64,000 nucleotides of DNA from Candidatus Uhrbacteria bacterium (GTDB lineage: Bacteria > Patescibacteriota > Patescibacteriia > UBA9934): assembly GCA_963822405.1 (NCBI GenBank), contig CAWGHH010000001.1:87296-151295 (forward strand). The letters are read 5' to 3'. Of the stretch, positions 19,569-29,505 are shown in pieces (positions within the stretch are counted from its first letter, which is position 1; each line of letters opens with the position of its first letter). The position numbers and the translations under genes were made by a program. Below the pieces are notes generated by a model. It did no database searches. It worked only from the letters and a program-made list of their open reading frames with translations, and was not told the DNA's origin.

Positions 19569-20450
19569 ATGTCTGTAAAAAAAGCACAAAAAATTCGCAA
19601 GGCAATTATTCCGGTAGCTGGAATGGGAACCAGGTTTTTGCCAGCTACTAAGGCTCAGCCAAAGGAAATGTTGGCGGTTGTAGACAAACCAGTGATTCAA
19701 TATATCGTCGAGGAAGCAGTGGCCGCTGGAATAGAGGAGATCATCTTCGTCACGGCCATGGGCAAGCGGGCACTTGAAGATCACTTTGATCGCAACTTCG
19801 AGTTGGAGTATCGCTTAGAGCAAAAAAAGAAGATGGCCGAGCTAAAAGCCATTCAAGCCATTGGCAAACTTGCTAAATTTGCCTTCGTCCGTCAGCAAAA
19901 ACCAATGGGGGATGGGCACGCGTTACTTGCCGCTGCACCTTTTGTTGGAAGCGATGAAACCGTAGCAATTTTTACGGGGGATGACATTTTTTCCGGAGAT
20001 AGACCAGCTATTGGCGAGCTCATGGAGACATACGCTAAGTTCGGCGCGCCTGTTGTTGGCGTCCAAGAGGTGCCTCACGAGAAAGTTTCTAGTTATGGAA
20101 TTATTGATGGCGTTGAAATTGCTGGTAACACTTGGGAAGTGAAGAGGTTCGTGGAAAAGCCTTCACCAGAAGACGCGCCATCAAACCTAGCTTCAGTTGG
20201 TCGATACATTATTACTCCAGAAATTTTGCGGATGCTTGAAAAGCAGAAGCCGGGAAAAGACGGAGAAATTCGACTAGCCGACGCATTTACTACATATGTT
20301 GATGCCGGAAAGCAATTATTCGGCCAAGTATTAACTGGTAAGCGGTATGATTGTGGCAATAAACTCCAGTTCATCATCGCTCAAATCGAGCTTGGTTTAA
20401 TGCATCCAGAGGTGAAAGAAGGCTTAGCCGAATACCTAAGGTCCAGATAG
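19569..20450 (+). CDS. galU: UTP--glucose-1-phosphate uridylyltransferase
   Basis: PVAGMGTRFLPATKAQPKEML, VEKP, GEI, YDCG. Confidence 0.95.
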   Translation: MSVKKAQKIRKAIIPVAGMGTRFLPATKAQPKEMLAVVDKPVIQYIVEEAVAAGIEEIIFVTAMGKRALEDHFDRNFELEYRLEQKKKMAELKAIQAIGKLAKFAFVRQQKPMGDGHALLAAAPFVGSDETVAIFTGDDIFSGDRPAIGELMETYAKFGAPVVGVQEVPHEKVSSYGIIDGVEIAGNTWEVKRFVEKPSPEDAPSNLASVGRYIITPEILRMLEKQKPGKDGEIRLADAFTTYVDAGKQLFGQVLTGKRYDCGNKLQFIIAQIELGLMHPEVKEGLAEYLRSR

Positions 20451-20473
20451 CCGAGAACCCACTATTTATTTCT

Positions 20474-21859
20474 ATGATTAAGCGCTTTCTCTCTTTTTTC
20501 CTCCTGGTTTCTACGCTAGCCATGGTTGGTGCCGGATGTTCTGGCGGTACTACATCGGCACCGGTTGCTAAGACGGTCACCTTGAAATTTTGGAGTGTAT
20601 TTGATGAGCAAGACGCCTATAAGGATCTTTTTTCAGCATATAGGGCAGCGCACCCTAACGTGACTATTGAGTATCGAAAATTCCGACCAGAAGAATATGA
20701 GAAAGAGTTGATCCGGGCGTTAGCTGACGGCACCGGACCAGATATTTTCTCAGTGCATAGCACTAAGATGGCCGAATTCCAGACGTTACTTTCCCCAATG
20801 CCAACGCAGATTAATATCAGCAATCTGGTTACTCAAGGAACTCTCCAAAAACAGACTGTACTTGTAGCTAAACAGGAGACGACCATTTCGCAAAAGGCTT
20901 TCAAGCAACAATTTATAGATGCAGTTTCTGAAGATGCATTCTTGAATTATTCAGCTGATCCAAAGGTAGCGGCCACTCCTCGGATCTACGGTTTTCCATT
21001 TGCCATGGATACGCTTTCACTTTTTTACAACAAAGATTTGCTAAACGCAGCCGGGATCGCTGAGCCTCCTACTGACTGGGATCTGTTCAATGCGTCAGTC
21101 ATGAAGCTTACTAAGTACAATGCGAACGGTGGCATCGCCCAATCCGGTGCGGCTCTTGGCACGGTCAAGAATGTAGATCGTTCTGGCGACATCATTTCTG
21201 TGCTCATGATGCAGAACGGCGCTCAGATGGCAGATCCAACCGGTATCGCCACCTTCGACAAAGTTCCTCAAGGCACGCCACAGGGAGTTTCCCCGGGTCT
21301 CGACGCTGTCACGTTCTACACAGACTTCGCCAACCCAGTAAAAGAGGTTTACACCTGGAATGACGGCTTCCCAAATTCCGTTGACTCTTTTGCTCGTGGA
21401 CAAACGGCCTACATGCTTGGCTATAGTTACGATATTCCAGTTCTGACTGCCTCAGCGCCAAAGTTAAATTACGGTATTGCGCCATTGCCGCAGATTGCCG
21501 GAGGGAAAGTAGTTAATTATCCAAACTATTGGTTACAGGGCGTATCAAAGACTAGCAAGTTTGGAGATTACGCCTGGAATTTCTTACAGTTTGCCTCTAG
21601 CCCTACAAATGTCACTAAATATTTGGGCAAGTCCGGTCATCCTACGGCTGTTCGCGGCCTTATTGCTGCTCAGCTTGAAGATGAAAAAATTGGCGTCTTT
21701 GCTGGTCAGCTTTTGACTGCTCAGAGCTGGTATCACGGTTTGGATTCAGACGCAGCTTTCAAAGCCTTGAACGATCTTTCTACTGCTATTCTGGTTGGTA
21801 CCGCAGAACCAAAGAAAGCCGTTTCTCAAGCTGCACAGATAGTCAGCCAAACGTACTAA
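20474..21859 (+). CDS. extracellular solute-binding lipoprotein, family 1 (sugar-binding-like)
   Basis: GAGC lipobox, GTGPDIF, DTLSLFYNKDL. Confidence 0.85.
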   Translation: MIKRFLSFFLLVSTLAMVGAGCSGGTTSAPVAKTVTLKFWSVFDEQDAYKDLFSAYRAAHPNVTIEYRKFRPEEYEKELIRALADGTGPDIFSVHSTKMAEFQTLLSPMPTQINISNLVTQGTLQKQTVLVAKQETTISQKAFKQQFIDAVSEDAFLNYSADPKVAATPRIYGFPFAMDTLSLFYNKDLLNAAGIAEPPTDWDLFNASVMKLTKYNANGGIAQSGAALGTVKNVDRSGDIISVLMMQNGAQMADPTGIATFDKVPQGTPQGVSPGLDAVTFYTDFANPVKEVYTWNDGFPNSVDSFARGQTAYMLGYSYDIPVLTASAPKLNYGIAPLPQIAGGKVVNYPNYWLQGVSKTSKFGDYAWNFLQFASSPTNVTKYLGKSGHPTAVRGLIAAQLEDEKIGVFAGQLLTAQSWYHGLDSDAAFKALNDLSTAILVGTAEPKKAVSQAAQIVSQTY

Positions 21860-21898
21860 GAGGAGGCGACGGCGGTTTGTGTTATCATTCTTTTAGTT

Positions 21899-22393
21899 AT
21901 GCGCTTCCTCCGAAACTATATTCTCGCCTTTGGCCTTCTTGCTACTTTTTGGTTGCCTTCCGTGGCTCACGCAGCAACGTCGAGTGTTGAATCAGGCTAT
22001 GCGGATATTCTTTCCCAGGGTTTAATCTTTGCAAATATCTGTTCAGCTCCAGCGCCGGCGGCTTGTGCTTGTAGAGATTCTGGAAATTGTCAGCTTTCTG
22101 ACATGCTCCAAATTTTCGTTAACATTTCTATTGGTATTTTAGCTATTAGTGGTTCAGTTGCCTTGCTCATGTTCTTTTACGGCGGATTTACTTGGACAAC
22201 TTCCATGGGCAATCCTAAAAAGATTGAAACCGGTAAGGAAATTATCGTTCGAGCCGTAATTGGTCTCGCCATTATCTTTGGCGCCTACGCTTTTGTGAAT
22301 TTCTTAGTCGCTGCTATTTCTGGCAAGGCTCCTCAAGCCACCATTGAGCAAACTATTGGCGGCGGTTCAGAAAACGTTATTCAAACACAGTAA
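21899..22393 (+). CDS. TrbC/VirB2-like (T4SS-type) pilin 1 with Cys-rich N-domain
   Basis: Signal peptide; ALLMFFYGGFTWTTSMGNPKKIETGKEII..AVIGL motif. Confidence 0.8.
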   Translation: MRFLRNYILAFGLLATFWLPSVAHAATSSVESGYADILSQGLIFANICSAPAPAACACRDSGNCQLSDMLQIFVNISIGILAISGSVALLMFFYGGFTWTTSMGNPKKIETGKEIIVRAVIGLAIIFGAYAFVNFLVAAISGKAPQATIEQTIGGGSENVIQTQ

Positions 22394-22395
22394 TT

Positions 22396-22959
22396 ATGCG
22401 GATTAAATCGCTGATTGTTCTTGCTGTAGCCTGCTGCATTTTCCTTGTGCCGAGAGCGAGTGTATTTGCAAGTTGTCGATCAGTGCTCGATGCTTGTTTA
22501 GCTGCGCCAGGCTGTAAGGATTCTGGTTCCTCAGACACACTTACGATCGTAGCCGAAGCTGATTGTCGAGCTGCGTGCGCCACAACGTTTGATGGTTGTC
22601 ACGATACCGTTGCTCCGCCACCCCCAGCCAGTCCGTCCCAAAACCAAAGCAGTTCTGGTGGCACGGCCTCGACTAGCAAAGTGGTGTCAGTGATTAACCC
22701 TTTAGGTATTACCGATCCAACTGTCATCATCGGAAATTTGATTCGCGCCATTTTGTCGATCGTCGGCTCACTGACTCTTCTTATGTTTATTTATGGTGGG
22801 GTGCTTTGGATAACTTCGATGGGGAATGACAAAACCGTTCATAAAGCTAAATCGGTTTTAACTTGGACAGTTATTGGTTTAGCCGTTATTGCTGGTGCGT
22901 ATACGCTAACGAACGCCGTGATTACTAGCTTGACCAGCGGTTCGGCACTTGGTATTTAA
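22396..22959 (+). CDS. TrbC/VirB2-like pilin 2 with Cys-rich N-domain
   Basis: NPLG, LLMFIYGGVLWITSMGN...WTVIGL. Confidence 0.8.
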   Translation: MRIKSLIVLAVACCIFLVPRASVFASCRSVLDACLAAPGCKDSGSSDTLTIVAEADCRAACATTFDGCHDTVAPPPPASPSQNQSSSGGTASTSKVVSVINPLGITDPTVIIGNLIRAILSIVGSLTLLMFIYGGVLWITSMGNDKTVHKAKSVLTWTVIGLAVIAGAYTLTNAVITSLTSGSALGI

Positions 22960-22990
22960 TTATCCTGTCGGCTTGCCCTTAACCAGAAGT

Positions 22991-23467
22991 ATGCGAATTA
23001 AACCGTTTTTGATCGTTGCTACTTTCCTCCTAGCCTTCTTCATTCCGCAGGCTCACGTACTTGCAGATTGTGTGTCAGATTGTAATAGCAACATGGTTTG
23101 GACGGCGTCTAAGCGAGCGGAATGTGTCGCGTCGTGCTCGCAAGGTAACTTTGTGCAAACCGATCCTAATGGGGCATCGACAGATACAACTATCAGACTC
23201 GACAATCCATTAGTTTCTGGAGACCCGCGAGTAATTGCTGGAAATCTTATTCGAGCGATGCTTTCTATTACGGGCTCGATCTCGTTACTTATGTTTGTTT
23301 ACGGTGGCGTATTGTGGATCACGGCGATGGGAAATGAGAAAACAATCGATAAAGGAAAGAAGGTGTTAATTTGGGCGGTGATTGGACTTGCAGTAATTGC
23401 TGGGGCATATACGCTGACAAATGCGGTCATCTACGGTTTGACCACAGGATCCGTGTCTGGTCTTTAA
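22991..23467 (+). CDS. TrbC/VirB2-like pilin 3
   Basis: DNPL, LLMFVYGGVLWITAMGN...WAVIGL; close paralog of pilin 2. Confidence 0.8.
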   Translation: MRIKPFLIVATFLLAFFIPQAHVLADCVSDCNSNMVWTASKRAECVASCSQGNFVQTDPNGASTDTTIRLDNPLVSGDPRVIAGNLIRAMLSITGSISLLMFVYGGVLWITAMGNEKTIDKGKKVLIWAVIGLAVIAGAYTLTNAVIYGLTTGSVSGL

Positions 23468-23521
23468 GCTGGTGTATAATATCTTGGAGATTTATTAGTT
23501 TTAATTTCTTTAACCATTCCT

Positions 23522-23932
23522 ATGGTGAAATCACTTATCAGATTCGGGATGAGCGCAGTCTTGGGCCTGGCACTCGCACTTCCTTTTGTGCGTTTGGTTC
23601 CAGCTTTTGCTCCAGTTGCTCACGCTCAGCCACTTGGTTCTGAGGACATCATCAGCTCAGACTTTGGCAACGCCACTGGTCTTGGCCAGGGTGATTTGAA
23701 GCAAACCATTGGAAACCTTATCCGTGTAGCGCTTGGTTTCCTAGGAGTAGTAGCAGTGGTTATTGTTCTTTACGGAGGTTTCAAGTGGATGGTATCCGGT
23801 GGTAGCGATGAGAAAGTGGGCGAAGCTAAGAAACTCATCATCAGCGGTATCATTGGTCTCGCAATTATTCTCTCTGCATACGCCATCACCACGTTCGTCA
23901 TTTCGAACCTGATGACGGCCGCGAACGGTTAG
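23522..23932 (+). CDS. TrbC/VirB2-like pilin 4
   Basis: IVLYGGFKWMVSGGSDEKVGEAKK..SGIIGL. Confidence 0.85.
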   Translation: MVKSLIRFGMSAVLGLALALPFVRLVPAFAPVAHAQPLGSEDIISSDFGNATGLGQGDLKQTIGNLIRVALGFLGVVAVVIVLYGGFKWMVSGGSDEKVGEAKKLIISGIIGLAIILSAYAITTFVISNLMTAANG

Positions 23933-23980
23933 TTGTCTCATGTCTCCGTCCGCATCTTCCACGGAAGGTGCGGGCACGAT

Positions 23981-24370
23981 ATGCGAAAACTGGCAGCCGC
24001 TGGGCTAATGTCACTATCACTCTTGTTGCCGCTAAGTGCCGGCGCCGCTTTTAATGCGGGAGATTCTGGTTTGAATAAGACTGCTGAAGGTGCTTTTGGC
24101 GCTGGCTACACGGGCTCAAGAGGTAATATCGGAACTTTCGTTGGAACGTATATCATTAAGCCAGTTCTCGGCCTGCTTGGTTTAGTTTTCTTGATGCTCA
24201 TGGTTTACGCTGGCGGCATGTGGATGACGGCCATGGGAAATGAAAAACGCGTAGCAAAAGCAAAAGAGATTATGATTGCTGCGGTGATTGGGTCAGTAAT
24301 CATTGTAGCCGCATACACACTAACTAACGCGTTGTTCTCGGCTTTGAGTACAGGAACTCCAACCGGCTAG
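23981..24370 (+). CDS. TrbC/VirB2-like pilin 5
   Basis: MVYAGGMWMTAMGNEKRVAKAK. Confidence 0.8.
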   Translation: MRKLAAAGLMSLSLLLPLSAGAAFNAGDSGLNKTAEGAFGAGYTGSRGNIGTFVGTYIIKPVLGLLGLVFLMLMVYAGGMWMTAMGNEKRVAKAKEIMIAAVIGSVIIVAAYTLTNALFSALSTGTPTG

Positions 24371-24381
24371 TTAGGATTTTT

Positions 24382-24708
24382 ATGTCTACACTTTTGGCGA
24401 TTAACACTACCACAGGATTATCCGACGCCGGTCAAGGCGCCGGTTATTCTTTAACTCAAACTCCAGCAGAACTTTTGGGTTTTGGCATCCAACTAGTTAT
24501 TGGTCTTTTGGGGGTCGTTTTTTTGATCCTCGTTCTCTACGCTGGATTCACTTGGATGACTTCAATGGGGAACGAAAAAACAGTGGGAAAAGCTAAGGAT
24601 ATATTAGTTCGAGCCACTGTTGGATTAGTGATTATGATTTCGGCTTATGCTATTTCTTCCTATGTCATTGGCGCATTAGATGTGGCAGTGAACGGACCAG
24701 GTGCATAG
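24382..24708 (+). CDS. TrbC/VirB2-like pilin 6
   Basis: LYAGFTWMTSMGNEKTVGKAK. Confidence 0.8.
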   Translation: MSTLLAINTTTGLSDAGQGAGYSLTQTPAELLGFGIQLVIGLLGVVFLILVLYAGFTWMTSMGNEKTVGKAKDILVRATVGLVIMISAYAISSYVIGALDVAVNGPGA

Positions 24709-24778
24709 ACTGTCCACATCATTTAGTTAAGCTAGGAATTAATAGGTGTATAATTTCTGTAACATTCATTAATTTATT

Positions 24779-25174
24779 ATGAACAAGCTAAAGAAACTTC
24801 TCATTGGTGCGGCGTTGGTAGTAGTGCCATTCTCAACTGCAGTCATGAACGTTAGCGCTCAGACTAGCAAGATTGGCGATAGCTTGGGACAAGTCGGGAA
24901 TGCGGCTCAATTGGGTGGTGGCGGTGAAGACCAGTTGGTTAATACGGTTGGTAGCTTGATTACTACATTCCTTGGAATTTTAGGTATTGTTTTCTTGGTT
25001 CTTGTTCTCTACGCCGGATTCACTTGGATGACAGCTATGGGTGAAGAGAAGAAAATTGCATCTGCTAAGAATATTCTCATCTCTGCTGTTGTTGGTCTTG
25101 TGGTTATCATGTCGGCTTATGCGATTAGTAGTTTCGTGATCGCTCAATTGCAACATGCCACAACAGGAGTCTAG
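24779..25174 (+). CDS. TrbC/VirB2-like pilin 7
   Basis: LYAGFTWMTAMGEEKKIASAK. Confidence 0.85.
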   Translation: MNKLKKLLIGAALVVVPFSTAVMNVSAQTSKIGDSLGQVGNAAQLGGGGEDQLVNTVGSLITTFLGILGIVFLVLVLYAGFTWMTAMGEEKKIASAKNILISAVVGLVVIMSAYAISSFVIAQLQHATTGV

Positions 25175-25182
25175 TTATAAAT

Positions 25183-25230
25183 AAAACCCCCGTCTTCTCG
25201 TCGGTTAGCCGATGGGGAGGCGGGTTTTTT
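25183..25230 (+). terminator. terminator after the pilin array
   Basis: GC-rich stem followed by TTTTTT. Confidence 0.6.
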
Positions 25231-25287
25231 GTTTGCGAGTAATGCAAAACCCCACACCTTCATCAGGTGTGGGGCGAATGACCTCGA

Positions 25288-25346
25288 TTCCCCTTTTAGG
25301 GGCTCGCCCGTAGGGCGGTCTACGCCCGAGGGGACAAAGGGGTCGA
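25288..25346. repeat. composite palindromic repeat, family B (intergenic)
   Basis: TTCCCC...GGGG with an internal GCTCGCCCGTAGGGC..CTACGCCCGAGG module and a GGACAAAGGGGT tail shared with 41795-41940. Confidence 0.7.
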
Positions 25347-25359
25347 GCGCGGGACGGTG

Positions 25360-25965
25360 TCAGTTCCGGGTGCACGACGAGTTGAGCGGTTGATCGCTGT
25401 AGACGATCATTTTGACCTTGGTGACTTCGTCCGGCTGGAGGTCAGAGGGTTCACGGGTGATCACCTTGCAGGTGAACACGCGGGCGGCCTTTGCCGGTGC
25501 GAATCCGTTGCCAGCGTCTGCGTCGTTCATGACGCGCACGGGGCGGTATTGCCCGGGCGCGACCTGAACCGTCATCGGGATGCCGTCTGTCCAGGACTTG
25601 TTCGGATCTACCTCGTAGCCAATGGCGCCGAGGGCGTCACTGCTGGGAGCGATCCCGAACACGCTCGCTTGGGAGGGGAGGCAGTACCTCCAGCCGTCGA
25701 CGGTGAATTCCCCGACGCCGACCATATTCGGGCCATCAAAGGCCGTAACCGTCATGGTCGAGAGCCCCGTGTTCAGCCAGAGACAAGTTCGCGATTCGTT
25801 CTTGATGACGGTGTAGTGCGGCTTGAGCCGACAATTTTCGTTCGGCTCTTGGAGCATGAACGGTCCAGCCGGCAACTGCATGTTGGCGCAGCTGATTGAT
25901 TCGGGGCCGGTGATCATGTCCTGTGCGGAAGCGAGGGACAGGGCGAAGAGCATGTAAGTGAACAT
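25360..25965 (-). CDS. hypothetical secreted Cys-containing protein
   Basis: GGAG SD, signal peptide ending ASA-Q, GC-rich codons. Confidence 0.65.
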   Translation of the reverse strand: MFTYMLFALSLASAQDMITGPESISCANMQLPAGPFMLQEPNENCRLKPHYTVIKNESRTCLWLNTGLSTMTVTAFDGPNMVGVGEFTVDGWRYCLPSQASVFGIAPSSDALGAIGYEVDPNKSWTDGIPMTVQVAPGQYRPVRVMNDADAGNGFAPAKAARVFTCKVITREPSDLQPDEVTKVKMIVYSDQPLNSSCTRN

Positions 25966-26098
25966 GGCGCACTCCAAAGTTGGGAAGGGATCTGACGGAT
26001 CTGAGGGCGACCAACGGAATATTCCGTGAGTCGCTCTGTAGATCCGGTCTCCATATACGCATTTTCATGCATTTATGGAGACCGTTCAAGTCGTGTGC

Positions 26099-26928
26099 CT
26101 AGTATCCCCAGAACCGATCCCACCAGGACTTGTTGACCTGGGCGTCGAGTTCCTTCTGCTTGGCGGTGAGCTGCGTCTGCAGGTCAGTTGCGTCCGCCAT
26201 GCTGGCGTCCAGCAGCTTCTGCGTGGTGTCGTCGACGATGGGCGCGGCGACCGGCTTGGTGACGCGGTCAACGTGCCGAACCGGCTCGTCGAGCACAGGG
26301 TACTGACCGCCAGTCTGACCGAACGCCATGAGCTGACCCATGCCGTTGCCGTAGCCGAAGGCCTGGCTCATCGGCATTTGGTTGCCGTAGATCGCCGTGG
26401 CCGTGGCCGCGGGCCAGTGGCTGCCGTGGTCGTGCCGTCCGGATTCGTGGTGATGACCACGGCCGGCGTAACGACACCGCTGTTGTTCGCGGTGATGGCC
26501 TCGAACGTGCCGGGCTGGAGAGCCGCGATCTGGGCAGGGGTCAACGTATGCAGGTCGACCGTCTTGGCCTTCGCGAGATCGTACGCGCCCTGGATGGCCA
26601 GCTTTCGCGTGTCGGCGTCGGTCTGATCGATCGCGGTGCGTCCGACGGATTCGAACCAGAGGGACTCCTCATGCGCACGCGCGATGTCGAGCGCGCCCTG
26701 GACTTCGATTCGGCTGGTGGCCGCGTCGTAGCCCTGGATTTGGATCCGTCCGCCCTCCAGGCACTGAGCCTGCATGAGGGCGAATTTCTCGGGGGAGACG
26801 TGGCCTTGGTAGGCACCGTTGGCGCAGTCGATCGTGCCCTCTCCCCGGCCGACAACGGAACCGTTCGGTTCGTTGTGGCGGTCCTGCGCGTTCGCAATGG
26901 AGAGCATCGAGAAGATAACGAACAACAT
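26099..26928 (-). CDS. hypothetical secreted protein, frameshift near 26410
   Basis: Signal peptide ANA-Q; ORFs 26368..26940 and 26099..26377 join with one added base (TG-P-AATATAIYGNQMPM); SD GAGGTG before the ATG at 26928. Confidence 0.55.
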
Positions 26929-26997
26929 TGTCCACCTCATGAAAGCGTTCGCCGGAACAGCTGTGGAAACTATTCCATCAGCCCATCCGGACCGATA

Positions 26998-27026
26998 AGA
27001 ATAGCAGAAAATTGACGTTTTGTCAA
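26998..27026 (-). promoter_or_regulatory. sigma70 promoter TTGACA-N17-(TGc)TATTCT
   Basis: Consensus -35, extended -10. Confidence 0.7.
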
Positions 27027-27081
27027 CCGTTATTCAATATATTATGGCTAAGGTTTGAGAGATCTATGATGATGGAGACCA

Positions 27082-27110
27082 TTGACTTTTTCCCCTTTTT
27101 CTGCTAATCT
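27082..27110 (+). promoter_or_regulatory. sigma70 promoter TTGACT-N17-(TGc)TAATCT
   Basis: Near-consensus, divergent from 26998..27026. Confidence 0.7.
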
Positions 27111-27189
27111 CACCTGTCCTTAGGCGGCAAGAACCGTAAGGGACATTCTTTAACAATTCGCATCAATTTCTCACTAAACGAGGTGTCCC

Positions 27190-29505
27190 ATGATGGATTG
27201 GACGCGTCTGTTGACGCAACAGTTGCAAGAGTTTATGAAGGAAGAGGGGATCACTCCCCTTAACATTCATGAAAAACTGACCGGGGAAGTGCTCAAACGC
27301 TTCCTTGAAAAGTTTGCCGGTACGGCTGATCCCGTGCAGTTGCGCAAGCAGCTGGCGGATGCCCCTGGCGCCGCCGGTTTCTTCATTTCCCTCATGCTGG
27401 CTATGCCGGTTGAGGGACGGCTAGCCACCCTTCTCGTCCTTTCGGAAGTGATGAAGGCAGCGGGCTTGCCAATTCCCACCAGTGCCAGAACTGCAGTCAT
27501 TGCAGCTTTTGGTGCAATGGGCGAGGCCGGAGTAACTGACGCAGATGTGCGCCGGTACCGTTCTCGCGTGCTCTCGTATTTCAACAGCTCGGCCATTCCG
27601 GCTGAGTCAGTTCCTGTTCCCATCGAACCCATCACCGGGGCCTCGGCAGTGCCGACTCCAAAGGATACGAACATGAGTCCCCTGATCAATCCGTTGTGTC
27701 TCACTTGGCCGGTCACTCCGGTCGCAGTTGAGCAGCCGGGATTCCATGTGTTCGCCGTGCCGGGTGTCATTCATCAGGACTTCGGGCCGTCCGCGTCCGC
27801 GCAGACTCCCGAAACCGTCGCCGCGAGCACGACCCAGAATCCGTTGCCTGGTTCCGCTGAACCGCCTCCCTCGGGTGGCGATCCGGTGGTCCCGCCGAGC
27901 AATCCGCCGGAGCCCGTGACCGTGAACAACGTTCCGGTCACGCCTCCGTCCGGTGGTGGTGGGGCAATCCCTCCGTCCACCGGTCTCACTCCGCGCCGCG
28001 AAGGCCCGGATGGTAACCGGTGGCGGTACTTGGACTTCATCATCAATGACGTCCTGCCGTTGCGCGAAAACGAGACTTTGACTTTGCCCGATGGCCAGCT
28101 CAAATATCGATTTGGGTTGGCCTGGGTACAGGAGCACTTGGGAGAAGATTCCGCATTCGGCAAGCAGGCGCGTGAAGCGTTCTCGCTGTTGCCGGAGATG
28201 ACGGAATTGGAGCGTGCGACACTTGAGCCTCACCTTGTGGTGCTCAGGCGGGTGCACGCCCCGAAGAGCACGGTCACGAAGGCGGAGCGCAATCTCGCCA
28301 CCGTGCCTGTGAACGACGCGATCCACCTGTCGCACGCCTGGGACGTGCGGATCCGGGTCATTGCCCAGGCCAACGCCTGGTTCTGGCGCCGGTGGTTCTT
28401 GTTCGGCCTCGCGGATCTCGCGGACGATAAAAACGATGACGAGTTCCGTGAGTGGCGCAATGGAATCTTGAAGATCTTCGGATTCGGTTCCGCCACCACC
28501 ACGGCCGTTATCGCGATCGGCGCGCTCATGCTCGGTCGCAAGGCGTACAACTGGCTCACCAAAAAACCGGAGGCAATCACGAGTACAACGTCAGGTACAG
28601 GAGGCGGCGGCGGAAATTCCGGCGGCACTTCTCCGGGATCGACTCCGGCGAAAGAACCCACTCCGTTTGTGACCGTACTCGGATGGTTTCTGATCGTGGT
28701 GTGTCTGATCATGGTCATCCCATGGATTGCGAGCTGGTTCGTCGAGGGCATGTCCATTCGTGCTCTGATGGTGACTGCTCCGATCGTGACGATCTGGTGT
28801 GCCAAGTATCTCCCCTTCATCCATGATCCATGGGTGTGGCCGAGGGAGAGCGTCGTGCTAAACGACGACACCAACGCGCTCGTGAAAGGGCGAGTTGACG
28901 TGAAGTCGAGGATCTTCGAGGCGATCAACGAACGCAATTTGAAGTTGTTGCTCGTAACGCCAGGCATCTGGCGGCGGCTGCTTCTGAAGATTGCTCTCGG
29001 GGCCGTGTTGATTGGCGGTATCATCATGAACTTCGTCTTCATCTTCACGGGTGACTCACACATCGCGCAAGCCTCGATAACGGTCGGGATACTCGCGGCG
29101 GGATTTTTCCTTGATCTCGCCCAGCTCTTCAATGCATATTTCACGTTCTCAGAGATCGCGGATATGCTCAAGCCGGTGTTCAGGCCGGCGCTCAAGCTGA
29201 TCGTTGGCGTGATCGTGGTGGGTTTGGGGAGTGAGCTTCTCTTCCCGGGCATCGGTCAAGTCGGTTTGCTCGCTAAGGTTCAATCAACAACCAGAGCCTG
29301 GGCTCCGGTTTCCAAGGAAATGGTGAAGACGGGGTTCCTCACTGCTCCAGTTGGTGACCTGTGGTTCCGATCGGAACCCGTAACCAAGCCTTTGATCGCA
29401 TCCGTTTCCGGTACCTGCGCGTCGCGGGATCGGATGGAGGCGCGGATGGCTGGTTACTGCAGTAACGCCCAGACGAAGAACGACGGGCGTTGTAAGTGCG
29501 AGTGA
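27190..29505 (+). CDS. large hypothetical multi-pass membrane protein with Pro/Gly-rich linkers (771 aa)
   Basis: GAGGTG SD, uninterrupted ORF, several TM segments in the C-terminal half. Confidence 0.75.
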   Translation: MMDWTRLLTQQLQEFMKEEGITPLNIHEKLTGEVLKRFLEKFAGTADPVQLRKQLADAPGAAGFFISLMLAMPVEGRLATLLVLSEVMKAAGLPIPTSARTAVIAAFGAMGEAGVTDADVRRYRSRVLSYFNSSAIPAESVPVPIEPITGASAVPTPKDTNMSPLINPLCLTWPVTPVAVEQPGFHVFAVPGVIHQDFGPSASAQTPETVAASTTQNPLPGSAEPPPSGGDPVVPPSNPPEPVTVNNVPVTPPSGGGGAIPPSTGLTPRREGPDGNRWRYLDFIINDVLPLRENETLTLPDGQLKYRFGLAWVQEHLGEDSAFGKQAREAFSLLPEMTELERATLEPHLVVLRRVHAPKSTVTKAERNLATVPVNDAIHLSHAWDVRIRVIAQANAWFWRRWFLFGLADLADDKNDDEFREWRNGILKIFGFGSATTTAVIAIGALMLGRKAYNWLTKKPEAITSTTSGTGGGGGNSGGTSPGSTPAKEPTPFVTVLGWFLIVVCLIMVIPWIASWFVEGMSIRALMVTAPIVTIWCAKYLPFIHDPWVWPRESVVLNDDTNALVKGRVDVKSRIFEAINERNLKLLLVTPGIWRRLLLKIALGAVLIGGIIMNFVFIFTGDSHIAQASITVGILAAGFFLDLAQLFNAYFTFSEIADMLKPVFRPALKLIVGVIVVGLGSELLFPGIGQVGLLAKVQSTTRAWAPVSKEMVKTGFLTAPVGDLWFRSEPVTKPLIASVSGTCASRDRMEARMAGYCSNAQTKNDGRCKCE

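Noticed and set aside
21899-25174. Conjugative element or diversity-generating retroelement at the pilin array
   Set aside because: No relaxase, VirB4, integrase or reverse transcriptase, and no template/variable repeat pair with adenine-specific differences.
27267-29252. Long antisense ORFs (for example 28230..29252 and 27607..28335)
   Set aside because: Shadow ORFs expected opposite a GC-rich gene; the plus-strand ORF has the promoter and SD.
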